Notes: generated by a model not told the origin, from the letters alone. DNA of 64,000 bases from the human T2T-CHM13v2.0 reference genome, Homo sapiens (GCF_009914755.1 NC_060934.1); one strand, 5' to 3'. Shown: positions 32,649-49,597, counted from the first letter of the stretch. Program-made: numbers and translations.

Positions 32649-35600
32649 TATATGCTATACACACTATATGCATATATGTGTACATATACTATATACTATA
32701 CTATATATAGTATATACTATATAATATATAGTATATTATATATATGTATATAGTATATACTATATATAGTATATACAATATAATATATAGTATATAGTAT
32801 ATATTATACTGTATATATATTATACTATATATTATATTGTATATACTATATATAGTATATACAATATATATAGTATATATATAGTATATAGTATACATAT
32901 ACTTTTTATGGTTGAGTAGTATTTCATGATATAGATATATATATATACACACACACTATATGCTATATATACACACTATATACATATGTGTATATATACT
33001 ATATATACTATATACACATATATGTATATATAATATATATAGTATATACTATATATAGTATATAGTATATCCTATATATAGTATATACTATATACATGTA
33101 TATATATACTATATACATGTATATATATAGTATATATACATGTTCTTTATCCACTCACTAATTGATGGTCATTTGGCCTGGTTCCATATTTTTGAAATTG
33201 CAGACTGTGCTGCTATACACATGTGTATGAAAGTATATTTTTCATATATTTTCATATATTTTTCATATAATGACTTCTTGTCCTCTGGGAAGATACCTAG
33301 GAGTGAGATTGCTGGATCAAATGGTAGATCTGCTTTTAATTCTTTGAGGAATCTCCACGCTGTTTTTCATAGTGATTATACTAGTTTACAGTCCTACTAA
33401 CAGTGTAAAAGTGTTCCCTTTTAACTGCATCCATGCCAACATCTATTATTTTTTTTATTATGGCCATTCCTGAAGAAGTAAGGTGGTATCACATTGTGAT
33501 TTTGATTTGCATTTCCCTGATGATTAGTGATGTTGACTGTTTTTTCATATGTTTGTTGACCATTTCTATATCTTCTTTTGAGACTTGTCTATTCATGTCA
33601 TAGCCCACTTTCTGATAGAATTGTTTGGTTTTTCTTGCTGATTCCTTTGAGTTCCTTGTAGATTCCAGATATATTAGTTCTTTGTTGGATGTATAGATTG
33701 CGAAGATTTTCTCCCACTCTGTGGGTTGTCTGTTTACTCTACTGATTATTTCGCTTGCTGTGCAGAAGTTTTGTAGTTTAATTAAGTCCCATCTGTTTAT
33801 CTTTGTTTTTGTTGTGTTTGCTTTTGGGTTCTTGGTCATGAAGTCTTTGCCTCAGCCAATGTGTAGAAGGGTTTTCTCCAATGTTATCTTCTAGAATTTT
33901 TACGGTTTTAGGTCTTAGATTTAAGCCTTTGATCCATCCTGAGATGATTTTCATATAAGGTGAGAGATGAGGATCCAGTTTCATTCTTCTAAATGTGGCA
34001 TGCCAATTATCCCAGAACCATTTGTTGAATGGGGTGTCTTTCCCCACTTTCTGTTGTTGTTTGCTTTCTTGAAGATCAGTTGACTCTAACTATTTGGCTT
34101 TGTTTCTGGGCTCTCTACTCTGTTTCATTGGTCTATATGCCTGTTTTTATACCAGTACCATGCTGTTTTGGTGACTATGGCATTAGAGTATAGTTTGAAG
34201 TTTGGTAATATAATGCCTTCAGATTTGTTCTCTTTGCTTACTCTTGCTTTTGCTATGCAGGCTCTTTTTTGGTTCCATATGAATTTTACAGTTGTTTTCT
34301 AGTTCTGTGAAGAATGATGGTGGTATTTTGATAGGAATTGCATTGAATTTGTAGATTGATTTTGGCAGCATGGTCATTTTCAAAATATTGATTCTACCCA
34401 TCCGTGAGCATGGGATGTGTTTCCATTAGTTTGTGTCATCTATGATTTCCTTCAGTGGTGTTTCATAGTTTTCCTTGTAGAGGTCTTTTACCTTGTTGGT
34501 TAAGTATATTCCTAAGTATTTAATTTTTCTGTAGCTATTGTAAAAGGGGTTGAGTTCTTGATTTGATTCTCATCTTGGTTGCTCTTTGTGTATGGCAGGG
34601 CTAATGATTTGTGTACATTAATTTTGTATCCCTAAACTTTGCTGAATTCATTTACCAGTTCTAGGAGGTTTTTGGATGAGTCTTTAGGGTTTTCTAGGTA
34701 TACAATAATATCATTGGTGAACAGTGACAGTTTGACTTCCTTGTTACTGATTTGGGTGCCCTTTATTTCTTTCTCTTCCTGATTGCTCTGGCTAAAAGTT
34801 CCCCTACTATGTTGAACAGAAAAAGTGAAAGTGGGCATCCTTGTCTTGTTCTAGTTCTCAGTGGGAATGTTTTCAACTTTTTCCCATTCAGTATAATGTT
34901 GGCTGTGGGTTTGTCATATATGGCTTTTATTACCTTAAGGTATTTTGCTTCTATGCCAATTTTGTTGAGGATTTTAATCATAAATGGATGTTGGATTTTG
35001 TCAAATTCTTTTTCTGTGTCTATTGAGATGATCATGTGATTTTCATTTTTAATTCTGTTTATGTGGTGTGTCACATTTATTGACTTGCATATGTTAAATC
35101 AGCCCTGCATTCCTGATATGAAGCCTACTTGTTCTTTGTTGACTATCTTTTAAATATGCTGTTGGATTCAGTTAGCTAGTATTTTGTTGAGGATTTTTGC
35201 ATCTAGGTTCATCAGGGATATTGATCTGTAGTTTTCTTTGTTGTTATTTCCCTTCCTGGTTTTGGTATTAGGGTGTTGCTGGCTTCATAGAATGATTTAG
35301 GGAGGATTCCCTCTTTCTCTATCTTTTGGAATAGTGTCAATAGGATTGGTACCAATTCTTCTTCAAATGTCTGATAGAATTCAGCTGTTAATTTGTCTGG
35401 TACTGGACTTTTTTTGGTGGTAACTTTTTAGTTACCATTTCAATCTCACTGCTTGTTATTGGTCGTTCAGAGTTTCTACTTCTCCCCAGTTTAATCTAGG
35501 AGGGTTGTATATTTCCAGGAATTTACTCATCTCCTTTAGGTTTTCTAGTTTATGTGTGTAAAGTTGTTCATAGTAACCTTGAATTATCTTTTGTATTTCT

Positions 35601-37250
35601 GTGGTATCAGTCATAATATCTCCCATTTTGTTTCTAATTGAGCTATTTAAATTTTCTCTCTTCTTTTCTTGGTTAATTTCCCTAATGGTCTATCGATTTT
35701 ATGTGTCTTTTCTAAGAATCAGCTCTTTGTTTCAATTATCTTTTGTATTTTTTGTTTCAATTATCTTTTGTATTTTTTGTTTCAATTTAATTTAGTTCTG
35801 CTCTGATCTTGATTATTTATTTTCTTCTGCTGGGTTTGGATTTGGTTAGTTATTGTTTCTCTAGCTTTTTATGGTGTGACCTTAGATTGTCTATTTGTAC
35901 TCTTTCAGACTTTTTGATGTAGGTGTTTAATGCTATGAACTTTCCTCTTAGCAGCACCCTTGCTGTATCCCAGAGGTTATGGTAAGTTTTGATAAGTTCT
36001 TTGTTTAGTTCAAAGAATTTTTAAATTTTGGTTGAGATTTTATTGTTCACTCAATGATCATTCAGGAGCAGGTTATTTAGCTTCCATGTATTTGCATGGT
36101 TTTGAGGATTCCTTTTAGAGTTGATTTCCAATTTTATTCCACTGCCGTCTGAGAGAGTACTTGCTATAATTTAGATTTTCTTAAATTTGTTGAGACTTGT
36201 TTTGTGGCCTATCACGTGGTCTATCTTGGAGGATGCTCCATGTGCTGATGAATAGAATGTATATTCTTCAGTTGTTGGGTAGAATGTTCTGTAAATACCC
36301 GTTAAATCCATTTGTTCTAGAGATAGTTTATGTCCTTTGTTTCTTTGTTGACTTTCTGTCTACTCCTGCTTGCTTTTGTGTCCATATCTTCTTCCGCCCC
36401 TTTAGCTTAAGTTTTTGTGAGTCTTTATGTGTCAGATGAGTCTATTGAATACAGCAGATACTTGGTTGGTGAATTCTTATCCATTCTGCCATTCTGTATC
36501 TTTTAAGTGGAGCATTTACATTGAGCGTTAGTATTGAGATGTGAGGTACTATTCTATTCATGGTGCTATTTGTTGCCTGCATACCTTGGTTTCATTCATT
36601 GTGTTATTGTTTTATAGGTCCTGTGAGACTTATGCTTTAAGGAGATTCTATTTTGGTGTATTTTGAGTATTTATTTCAAGATTTAGAGCTTCTTTTAGCA
36701 TTTCTCATAGTGCTGGCTTGGTAGTGGCAAATTCTCTCAGTGTATGTCTGAAAAAGACTGTATCTTTCCTTCGTTTATGAATTTTAGTTTCAATGGATAC
36801 CAAGTTGATAATTGTTTTATTTAAGGATGCTAAATATAGGACACCAATCCTTTCTAGCTTGTAGGGTTTTTGCTGAGAAATCTGCTGTTAATCTGATAGG
36901 TTTTCCTTAATAGGTTGCTTGATGCTTTTGGCTCACAGCTCTTAAGACTCTTTCCTTTGTCTTGACTTTGGATAACCTGGTGACTATGTGCCTAGGTGAT
37001 GATCTTTTTGCAATGAATATCCCAGGTGTACTTTGAGCTTCTTGTATTTGGATGTAAGGGTTTGACTCTTCTCATTGACAGATGTCTAGATCTCTAGCCA
37101 GGCCAGGGAAGTTTTCCATGATTATTTCCACAAATATGTTTTCCAAACTTTTAGATTTTTTTTCTTCCTCGGGAACACCAATTAATTTTAGGTGTGGTCA
37201 TTTAACATAGTCTCAAATTTCCTGATGGCTTTGTTAATTTTTTAAAAAAT
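32253..37250 (-). mobile_element. L1PB1-like, ~5 kb (3'UTR, ORF2, part of ORF1)
   Basis: 3' end TTTCAATAGGTTTTTGGGGAAC; minus-strand ORF2 peptides ([14 protein letters not shown].., [20 protein letters not shown]..); TSD TATTACCCAT(G/T)TATTTTT at 32167 and 37251. Confidence 0.9.
32607..33140. repeat. Expanded (TA)-rich low-complexity tract inside L1PB
   Basis: TATAG/TATAC-type degenerate repeats over ~530 bp. Confidence 0.9.
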
Positions 37251-37984
37251 TATTACCCATTTATTTTTGTTATACTTCTCAATACCTCTCAGTACATGAG
37301 CTGTCATTGAAAAATGAATTAATTAGTACACTTATTACCTTTCTTTCCTCCTCACCACTGTCGCCTTTAATATTTAAGGTTAAATTCGTTAGTGGAATAA
37401 CTTCTTTTACCAGTGACTTGCACAAAATAGGTGCTTAATAATTTTGGTGTTAGTAAATTGTTGACAGAAATCCTATACAAGTAAAGGAAATGTAGAATCT
37501 TCTAGAAATTGAATATTATATTCGAAAGTCTGCTTTTTCATCCAATTTGCCAATCTTTACGCTTACCTTATGTGTCAAATATCATTCTAAACCTATTAGC
37601 TAGAGTCTAAAACATTTGTCCAAATTCACGTAACTAAGAAATGTTATATTAGTGATTCAAAATAACACCTGTGTAATTCAAAAGTCCTGATTTCTGTTTA
37701 TCTCACATCAGTAAGCTACCAATATTTATAGATAAGGAGAAAGAATAATAAAATATTTTAAGATGACTTTTGCATTTTATATTAAGTCAATTTCTTATAA
37801 TTGTCCTAAGGGGAAGATATTGTTCAGAGTCTCTAATTCTACTTTTTATAGTTGGATAATGCAATAAGTAAAGCATAAAAAACAAAATTAAAAATTGACT
37901 TTTAAGAATAATTAATTATAATTAATATTTACCAAATACATGAACTAGTATATGAGAAACCTTCAGAAACTGGAAAATATAAAC

Positions 37985-38335
37985 ACCTTAATGAAGACAT
38001 TTCAAAGAAATGATATTTAAAGAAGTTTTTTAAAAAAGAAATAAAAATGGTCAATTATCATGTAAAAAGTTTTTTAAGCTCAATGATATGAAAGAGATGA
38101 AAACTGAAATAATTTTTTCTACCACATTAGTAGATTAGTAAATAATGATAATACTCAATGATTGTTTGGATGTGAATAAACTAGCAGGAATATATGCTTC
38201 CACTTGGAATGTAAACTACAACATTTCCGTAAAGAAATTAGCAATATATCTTAAAATTTTAATTATGAAAAAATGATATCGCCCTTTATTTCTGCTGGAA
38301 ATTTTTCCCAACCAATAATTAAACAAATCGCCAAA
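37985..38335 (+). mobile_element. Very old L1ME-type ORF2-end fragment
   Basis: GACATTTCAAAGAAATGAT...AAATGGTCAATTATCATGTAAAAAG...GGAATGTAAACT. Confidence 0.55.
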
Positions 38336-38343
38336 TATGTATG

Positions 38344-38349
38344 GTGTGT

Positions 38350-38398
<49 letters not shown>
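38344..38398. repeat. (TG)n microsatellite
   Basis: About 23 pure GT units. Confidence 0.95.
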
Positions 38399-38400
<2 letters not shown>

Positions 38401-38404
38401 AAAA

Positions 38405-39865
38405 TCTGGCCACTGCAATGTTTTTCTAATCTGCCAATTTATAATGGAGTTTTTTTCTCTTGTTGACTTGTTTGAGCATCTTGTAGATTCTGGATATTAA
38501 TGTTTTGTTGGAGACATATTTGTAAATATATTCCACCATTCTGTAGGTTATCTGTTTATTCTGTTGGTTATTTCCTGTCATGTGTAGAAGCTTTTTAGTT
38601 TAAGTCCTATTTGTCTATTTTTGTTTTCGTTGCAACTGCTTTTGGGGTCTTTGTCATATGTTTTTTATATAGGCTAATGTCCAGAGTTTATCCCAGGTTT
38701 TCTTTGAGGATTTTTGTAGTTCTAGGTCTTACATTTAGGTGTGTAATCCATCTTGAGTTAATTTTTATATGGTGAGAGACAGAAGTCCAGTTTCATTCTT
38801 CTGCATATGGCTAGCTAGTTTTTCCAGCACCAATTATTGAATAGAGTGTCGTTTTTCCACTGTTTATTTTTGTTAACTTGTTAAAAAATCAGTTCGTTGA
38901 AAGTATGTGGCTTTATTTCTGGGTTCTCTATTCTGTTTTGCTGATCTATATGTCTATTTTTGTACCAGTTCCATGTTATTTCAGCTATTATAGTGTTGTA
39001 GTATAATTTGAAGCCAAGCAATATGATGTCTCCAGATTTTCGTTTGTTTGTTTGTTTTTTTAGTTTTTTATTGCTTTGGCTATTCAGGCTTTTGGGTGAG
39101 GGGGCTTCCATAGAAACTTTAAGATTGTTTTTTCTAATTCTGTGAAAAATGACATTGGTAGTTTGATAGGAATTGCTTTGAATCTGTAGATTGCTTTGGT
39201 TAATATGTTCATTTTAATGATAATCTATTCTTTTTATCCATGAGCGTGGGATATTTTTCCATTTACTGGTGTTGTCTACAATTTCTTTCATCAGTGTTTT
39301 GTAATTCTCCTTGTAGAGATCATTCACCTCTTTGGTTAAATGTATTCTAGGTATTTTTTTGTGGCTATTGTAAATGGAGTTATTAATTTGGTTCTATGCT
39401 TGAACTTTACTGGTGTATAGAAATGCTACTGATTTTTGTATGTTGATTTTGTATCCTGAGACTTTACCAAAGTCACTAACGAGGTCTAGCAGTCTTCTAG
39501 ATTAGTTTTTAGGGTTTTCTAGATATATAATCATGTTGTCAGCAGATAATTTGGTTTCTTCTTTTCCAATTTGGATGCCTTTCATTTTTTTTTTCTCTTA
39601 CCTGATTCCTCTGGCTAGGACTTCTTATTATGTTGAATTGGAGTAGTGAAAGTGGGCATCCTTGTCTTGTTACAGTTCTTAGGGGAAATATTTTCAACTT
39701 TTCTTCATTCAGTATGATGTTGGCTCTTGGTTTTTCATATGTGTCTCTTATTATTTTGAGGTACATTCCATCTGTGGCTTGTTGGTTGAGGGTTTTTATC
39801 ATGAAAGGGTGTTGGGTTTTATTGAGTGATTTTTCTGCATCTACTTAGATGGTCATATGGTTTCA
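38405..39865 (-). mobile_element. L1PB/L1MA ORF2 fragment
   Basis: Minus-strand peptides [21 protein letters not shown] and [31 protein letters not shown]. Confidence 0.85.
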
Positions 39866-39920
39866 AAATATCTTAAATACAATAAAGTATGAATTCAGGC
39901 TTATTTAATTTTAGGAATAA

Positions 39921-40545
39921 TTTTACACTGTTGGTGGGAATGTTAACTAGTTCAACCATTGTGGAAGACAGTATGGCAATTCCTCAAGGATCTAGAACCA
40001 GAAATACCATTTGACCAAGCAATCCCATTACTGGGTATATACCCAAAGGAATATAAATTATTCTACTCTAAAGACACATGCACACATATGTTTAATGCAG
40101 CACTATTTACAATAGCAAAGACATGGAACCAACCCAAATGCCCATCAGTGATAGACTGGATAGAGAAAATGTGGTACTTATACACCATGGAATACTATGC
40201 AGCTGTAAAAAGGCTGAGTTCATTTGCTTTGCAGGGACATGGATGAAGCTGGAAGCCATCATCCTGAGCAAACTAACACAGGAACAGAAAACCAAAAACC
40301 GCATGTTCTCACTGGCAAGTGGGAGTTGAACACTGAGAACACATGGACACAGAGAGGGGAACAACACACAGCAGGGCCTGTTGGGGGATGGGAGGTGAGG
40401 AGAGGGAACTTAGAGTGCAGCAAACCACCATGGCACATGTATACATATGTAACAAACCTGCAAGTTCTGCACATGTATCCAATTTTTTTTAGAACAAGTA
40501 AAGGGAAAATAATAATAAAATAAAATAAAGTAAAATAAAATACAA
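39921..40545 (+). mobile_element. L1PA8A-like 3' end
   Basis: ORF2 end MWKTVWQFLKDLEPEIPFD..; 3'UTR with GAGGGAACTTAGAG and GTATCCAATTTTTTTTAGAA; A-rich tail. Confidence 0.8.
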
Positions 40546-41634
40546 AATAGAATGTAGTCTATCAATGACATTTTATGTAGCTATTCAATATTGTTTTATA
40601 TATTGATCTAGGGAAATATTAATAACTCTATACTATGACATTATTTAAAGAGCATGGGACAAAACTTGTAAATTCTTAATATTTTTGTCAGAAATGTGAT
40701 GTTAGCTTTTTCTTATATCCAGTGTTAAATTTTTCTAGGAAGGCTATGTATTTTGCAATAAGAAAAAATATGTATATGTTTCAATTTTCTTTCCACCAGT
40801 TGAAACCTTAGACTTTCAAATGTTTCTCAAAATTTATTTTAAATTGAATTAATCCTTGCCTCTTATGACATGCATTTACTTATGTGCTTATTTTTACCTT
40901 TTGAAGTCATTTATCTTTACATCTTTCATTAGGATAAGTGACTCAGTTTATATGTTCTCACCGTCCATTAAAGTGTAAATTAAAAAAATAATAATTGTGG
41001 CAACAAGGCTCTTTATATAAATTCATAAATTTTTACATGATAAGATTTTGATTTTTAAAAATTTATTTTATAGGTTATATTTTTAATATGTTTAGTGTGG
41101 AGTTTGCTTTTAGCTAACTGTATTTTTGCTACAGTATTCATGTTGAAGGAGGCAGACAAAATTAGTTTAAAGCATTTAAACTAATTTTGCATTTTGCATT
41201 GCTTTTCCTTAAGCTGTTGTTTTCTGTATTCCTCATTCTCCATTAATAACCTTCTCTGTTTCATCAGATGCAAAGCATTTTCCTTCTGTGGCCTAAAAAC
41301 ATTTTCAAATACACACTAACATTATGCCACAAAAGCATTTTATAATGAATAGCCCATGTTTTACAAGGTTTCGCATTTTCTTCTGTTGTGTATTTACAAT
41401 GGCTACAGTAATGTACAAAGATTTCTCAAAGACATCTGTGAAAACTGCTTTGTTAATGTATATCCACATTGCAAGCAATTTCCTCTCTATCATGTCAGTA
41501 TTGTTGAAAACATGTGTTAGAGGTTGGCTCACAGGACATCACTTACTCTGTTGGACTGTGGAGAACAGAAAGAATGGCAAGACTGTGAGTCCATAATATA
41601 AGAGGGACTGTGGTTGGCATCAACCTAAAGTCGC

Positions 41635-42476
41635 TTAAAGTATAGTTTTTAAAAGTTAAAAAGAAAAACTGTTGAGCTGTTTTCCAGAATGGCTGTATCA
41701 TTTTACAGTCTCATTGGCAATGTATGAGTGATCAGTTTCTTTACATTCTCTCCAACATTGTGTTTTCTATATTTTATTTTAGCCATTTTGATTGGTGTGT
41801 GGTTTGGCAGTTACATGAATATTTATTGCAGCTTTATTTGTAAGAGCCAAAACTCAGAAACAAACTGGAGGCCCATCAACAGGTAAGCGGTTAAACAAAT
41901 TGTGATACCTGCACTGCATGGAATACTACTCAGCAATAAAAAGGAGTGTACTATTGCTATGTGCACCCACTTGAATGAACCGCAGGGGATTAGACTAAGT
42001 CAGAAAAGCTATCTACTATATGATTCTATATGACTGTATGATTCCATTTAAATACATTCTTGAAATGGCAAAATTATGAAAATGGAGAACAGATTAGTGG
42101 TTGCTAGAGGTTAAAGGAGAAGATAGGCATGGGAGGAAAGTGAGTGTCATTTAAAAACGGCAGCATAAAGAGTCCTTATGATGATGGAAATATTCTATAT
42201 TATGAGTATGTTGTTAAACATATAAACATATACATGCGATAAAATTTTATAGAACTAAATACCTGTGCAGATACACACAACAAGTAAAATTGGCAAAATC
42301 TGAACAAGATCAGAATATAGTATCATTGTATCAATGTCCATATCCTCATTATGGTACTATACTATAGTTTCACTATTATCACTGGATAAAGTATACATGA
42401 GATCTCTCTGTATTGTGCCTTATAATTATGTGAATCTATAATAATTTTAATATAATTTATTTAATTTTTTAAAAAG
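41635..42476. mobile_element. L1MC/MD 3' end (short minus piece 41635-41800, plus piece ~41810-42476)
   Basis: ATGGAATACTACTCAGCAATAAAAAGGA...GGAGAACAGATTAGTGGTTGCTAGAGG on +; GTTTTCCAGAATGGCTGTATCATTTTACA on -. Confidence 0.7.
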
Positions 42477-44299
42477 TTCCAAAGAGAGTGACCACTCAAT
42501 CATACATAAGTAGCTTATAAGAAGATGGTACATCAGTTTTCAGGTTTCCGTCCTATAGGTGGTGGACTCTACATTTTCCAGGGCTCAGTCATGACTTTGG
42601 ACATTATCTTTCCCAGAATGGTAAGTTTTAAATTCTTAGTGAAGCTTAAGGTAAACTATGATGTAGAGGTTCTGTTCTGCCTACCATTTTCCTTACTTAT
42701 ATAGACTTGTGTTTGCTATTCAATTTTCTATTCATTCCGTTAACATACAGGATTCAGTTAGAGAAAATAATAAAATAAAGCTCCTAGTTTTTTATTTACT
42801 AAAGAGAATTAGTTATGTAAAGACATTGGAAGGAAATAAGGGGGAAAAAGAGTTTTGGAGGAGAAGAAATAAACAAGAGAGCTATCTAGAGATTAGTAAC
42901 TTCAGGAAGCCACTGCCATTCTTAGAACTGGGAAAGGTGAGTAAAGAAAGGAGATGGTGTTAGTAGGACCCCAGACATTTGGTTCTGCGCTGCTGGGGTT
43001 CTGCCCAGTTAGTCCTAGAATTGGAAAGGAAGGGCCCACCTTCAATCATAGTAGAGCTCCATATATGATCCACCAGACAGGAAGTTCTGGTTGAAATTGG
43101 GAACACAGAAGGAGATAACTACTTTTATAGGTGCCTCTAGAAGCAAGAAAAGGAAGGAGAAACTAGCTTTTCTTCTCTTCCTATTTTCTGGTCTACTGTG
43201 TTTTTTCCTACTGGCAAAGTCTGGTAACTAGCTGTAAGGTGAGAATGGGCAATGTAGTTTGCAGACTATCAGACTTAGTGTTACAGACAAATCTTAGTTA
43301 AGATCAGTGCATGTCAAGCTGAGAAAGAACAGGAGAAAATAGACAAGATTATCTTTTACATTTATTTATATGTAAATAAATATTGATAAAATATTAAAAT
43401 ATTTAACTAATTATACAAAAATCAGAAAGAGGACATGTCATTTTTTAGGGTCTATGAATTTGAACACTACTAATACCAACATGGGGCTATGTACACATGT
43501 GTATTCATATTGTTGAGCATAACTTACGTATAGCTCCTTTACTGAATAAAGATATATCTTCAGCAGTTGTCTTCAAACATTGGGATGTTAGCCCTTAGGG
43601 AAACACTAACGTGTTGTGAGGGGCATATAAGCATTGATTGTTTCAACATTTTCAATTTACAAATCTTCAATTTCAATATGTAGCTTTTCTTAAAATTGAG
43701 ATGTTCCAGAGTGCTCATTTTGGAAATGTCTCAGGCTAGCTCTCCCTTATCACTCTTTTCACCTCATGCTTTTAGCAATATACAAAACAAAGGCAAGACT
43801 TATCTAATTTGTATTGTAGTGCATTGCATTGCCTTTGAGGTTATAAATTCATATTCATGCTTACGTGGATGCAAGTATACTAGTCTCTTTAAACATTTGC
43901 CAATTTCTTTCTTTATGCTTCCCAAGCCCTTCCTTGGTTAGTGAGACTATTTTAAAGATATTACTATAAATAACAGCAACCATTAATACACCTTTAGTAA
44001 GCCCCACACTAAGGACTCAAAGCCTTATTTGCTCTCTGCTATTAATTTACACAAAATAAGTTTCCGTCCTAAAAGCAGAATATATGCATAAAAGCATCTA
44101 TAGTATCAGAATATTTCTAATATTCCACCTGGAATTTATAGTCCAGAAATTTAGAAAGCAACTGCATCTATTTAGGATTAGCTTATATAAGGTTTTATTT
44201 TTTATTGCAAATATTATTTTCAACCGTGAATTAAAATTATTAACATATATGTAATTATTATTAGGTGTCACATTTGTCACTTCTTGTTACATCTGTTTT

Positions 44300-44750
44300 A
44301 AACAATTTTAGTTTACTTACAAAATTAAAACTGGGCAGAAACTATGATATTTCTAATATCAAACAGTTATTTTGGTCCCAAATTCACCTAGTTTCAGTTC
44401 CATTTATAAGGTTTCTCTAAGTGAAAAATTATACTTCTTTGATAAGTCTCGCTTAATCCACAATGTATTAATTTCTAGAAACTGACAAAAATGATTTATG
44501 ACTGTGTCACAAACATTTCTTCAAGACCTATAATTTTCAATACTTTGCTTTCAGCAAATTGAGTAGTTGGAGAGCACCTAATTGAGTTATCAGCTGATTA
44601 AAATCTTTTTGATGATATATCTTTATGCAATATGTAATTATAACTCAGAAGAACTTTAGAGAACTGAGTGACACTGTATTGTCAAATGCCATCTAACCCA
44701 ACCATACATATAAATGTTCTCAGTTTTAAAATATATAAAAAAAGGAATAA
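44300..44750 (+). mobile_element. hAT-Charlie transposase C-terminal fossil
   Basis: Hand translation gives EHLIELSAD / ITQKNFRELSDT / FSVLKYIK, resembling the Charlie dimerisation region; a possible terminus lies near 43561-43630. Confidence 0.5.
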
Positions 44751-44822
44751 TTGTTACTTAACTTTATACCATTGTAGAAGTACTTTTAAATTGTTTTAAT
44801 TTTACACTGATACAGAACAAAA

Positions 44823-45259
44823 TATTTATTGCCCGTGTTCACAGAAAATTATTTAAAATTTTTCAGTTCAAAAAGATTTTGTTGATTTCTATGATGGGCA
44901 GATCAACAAAAAGCTTTCAAGAATAAAAATATTTTGTCTTAGTATACAATTCCAATAACGTCAATCTCCACCAAACCTTCAGGCTTATGGGTGGTGATAA
45001 CTCTGCTGAGACTAGTTTCAAGTTCATGAGTTAACACGGAAGGTCTCCCAATACCACCCATACTTTTATAATTAAAATTTGGTAAATATGCTATCCTTAA
45101 ATCCTAATGGATTATGCCTTAGGTTTCAAATTTGGGATTCTGATTTACATGGTATGAAACTGGAACTATGTGAGAGACTAATACTTTTTCAGTATTCATT
45201 AATAATAAATAAATAAAATAGACAAAAACAAAATAAAAAATAATAGACAAAAACAAAGT
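44823..45259 (+). repeat. Arm A of a ~440-bp inverted duplication (probable donor)
   Basis: Reverse complement of 50471-50910, ~95% identical by hand alignment. Confidence 0.95.
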
Positions 45260-46147
45260 TGCTAGAATAAATGCTTTGAAAATAAATATGTAATAGAATA
45301 ATAGATATGGAAAGGGATTTAGGGAGTACCTACTCTACCAACTGCTACTTCCTCTATAATACTGCATGAAATGTTTTCTTTATTTAAAATTTATATTCAA
45401 CACTAAGAAACTGAATTAGGACACATTGTCTAACTGCCATCAATGGAAATTGCACTTTTTGCATAATCAATTCAAGAAAAAATTCTTTACCTCAATTAAA
45501 TCTAAGTTGTGAAAATTTAAAACAATAAAATTAAAACACTGTATAAAATGACAATATTTAAAACTTTTAAGATATTATATACCTGTATGTATTAAACTGG
45601 ACAGAGGAAAGATCAGGTTTCTGTTGAGACTAGATGACACAGTGCCCTCTCATCCTTTGAATTCATTCAAAGCATCCCCTGAACCTCTACCCTTCTTTTA
45701 TGTAAGGAGAGGAATAAAGAGATGGTTTCTGAACTTTTTTTTTTTAATCCTAGTAACTCCTTTAGAAATCTAATGCTATCTTTAAATTGTTGGAGCCCTT
45801 GTCATGTATGTGTTTCAACTATGAGACTTCAGCTGCATGAAAGTATGATTAAGGAGGAAACATACTTTTTTGGCATTCTGTTACATGTATGAATTGTACA
45901 CTGCTGTTTTTGCATAGAGAACGGATTTATAAGCAGGAACACATCAATCCTACTCTTACTGTTAAATATAAAATCTCAAATTTAAGTGATTTAACTTTCT
46001 GAAAAACTACCCTAACACCTATGAGAGAGAAAGGTGAATAAGCAAAATGGTCATATGAACAGTATAAATGTTCTACATTGTGTTTAAGACAAATGACAAA
46101 AAGGGGGAGACTTTATGTAACAGATTTATTGAGATACAATTTATATG

Positions 46148-46655
46148 CATTTGATCCTTGAACAACCTGGGTTTGAATTGCACAGGCCCACTTATACACC
46201 GGATTTATTTTTAACCAAACGGAGATTAAAAATACAGCATTTGGGATGGCCATGATGACTTATGCCTGTAATCCCAGCACTTTGCATAGTGGAAGGATCC
46301 CATGAGTCCAGTTATTTGAGCCCAGCCTGGACAACATAGTGAGACACTGTCTCTACAAAATATAAAAAATTAGCTGGGTGTATGGTGTAGTCCTTGCTAC
46401 TCCGAAGGCTGAGGATAGAGGATGGCTTGAGCCCCAGTAGTTCAAGGCTATAGTGAGCTGAGATCACGCCACTGCACTCCAGCCAGGACAACAGAGTGAG
46501 AGCCTGCATGCATGCTCTGAAAGCATGCATGCAAGCAAGCAAGCAAGAAAGAAATTACAGCATTTGCAGGATGTGAAATCTACATATAATATGGAGGACC
46601 AACTTTTTGTCTTTGCAGGTTGAGGATGCGTGGATTTTGGCATACACAGGTTGGG
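46148..46655 (+). mobile_element. MER8 (Tigger2-derived MITE) split by AluJ
   Basis: CATTTGATCCTTGAACAACCTGGGTTTGAATTGCACAGG...; resumes CAGGATGTGAAA...GCGTGGATTTTGGCATAC. Confidence 0.8.
46244..46550 (+). mobile_element. AluJ
   Basis: GCCTGTAATCCCAGCACTTTG...GCTTGAGCCCCAGTAGTTCAAGGCT; TSD core TACAGCATTTG. Confidence 0.88.
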
Positions 46656-46664
46656 TAGGGTTTC

Positions 46665-49432
<2,768 letters not shown>

Positions 49433-49597
49433 GGCAATTACCTGTAAGTGGAAATAATGAATAACTCTAGGTTTGACTTTTTGAGAATTTAGAATAGTGT
49501 TTTCCAAAGCCACTATACTTTATGTTCCTACCAGATTATGTCTCTTATTGTATTAATATTATTTATTTTACTGTTTGATTCAATATGCTACATCAAC

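Noticed and set aside
35727-35787. Short tandem duplications (also ~6708-6736, 9233-9289, 17426-17447, 56124-56164, 59131-59153)
   Set aside because: Simple slippage duplications of 11-30 bp with two units; not arrays and not CRISPR-like.
41305-41596. Overlapping 75/90-aa ORFs in apparently unique sequence
   Set aside because: No recognisable domain and no convincing splice-site pair; lengths are within chance.
42750-43330. Possible ancient LTR
   Set aside because: LTR-like texture, but I cannot assign a family or termini by eye.
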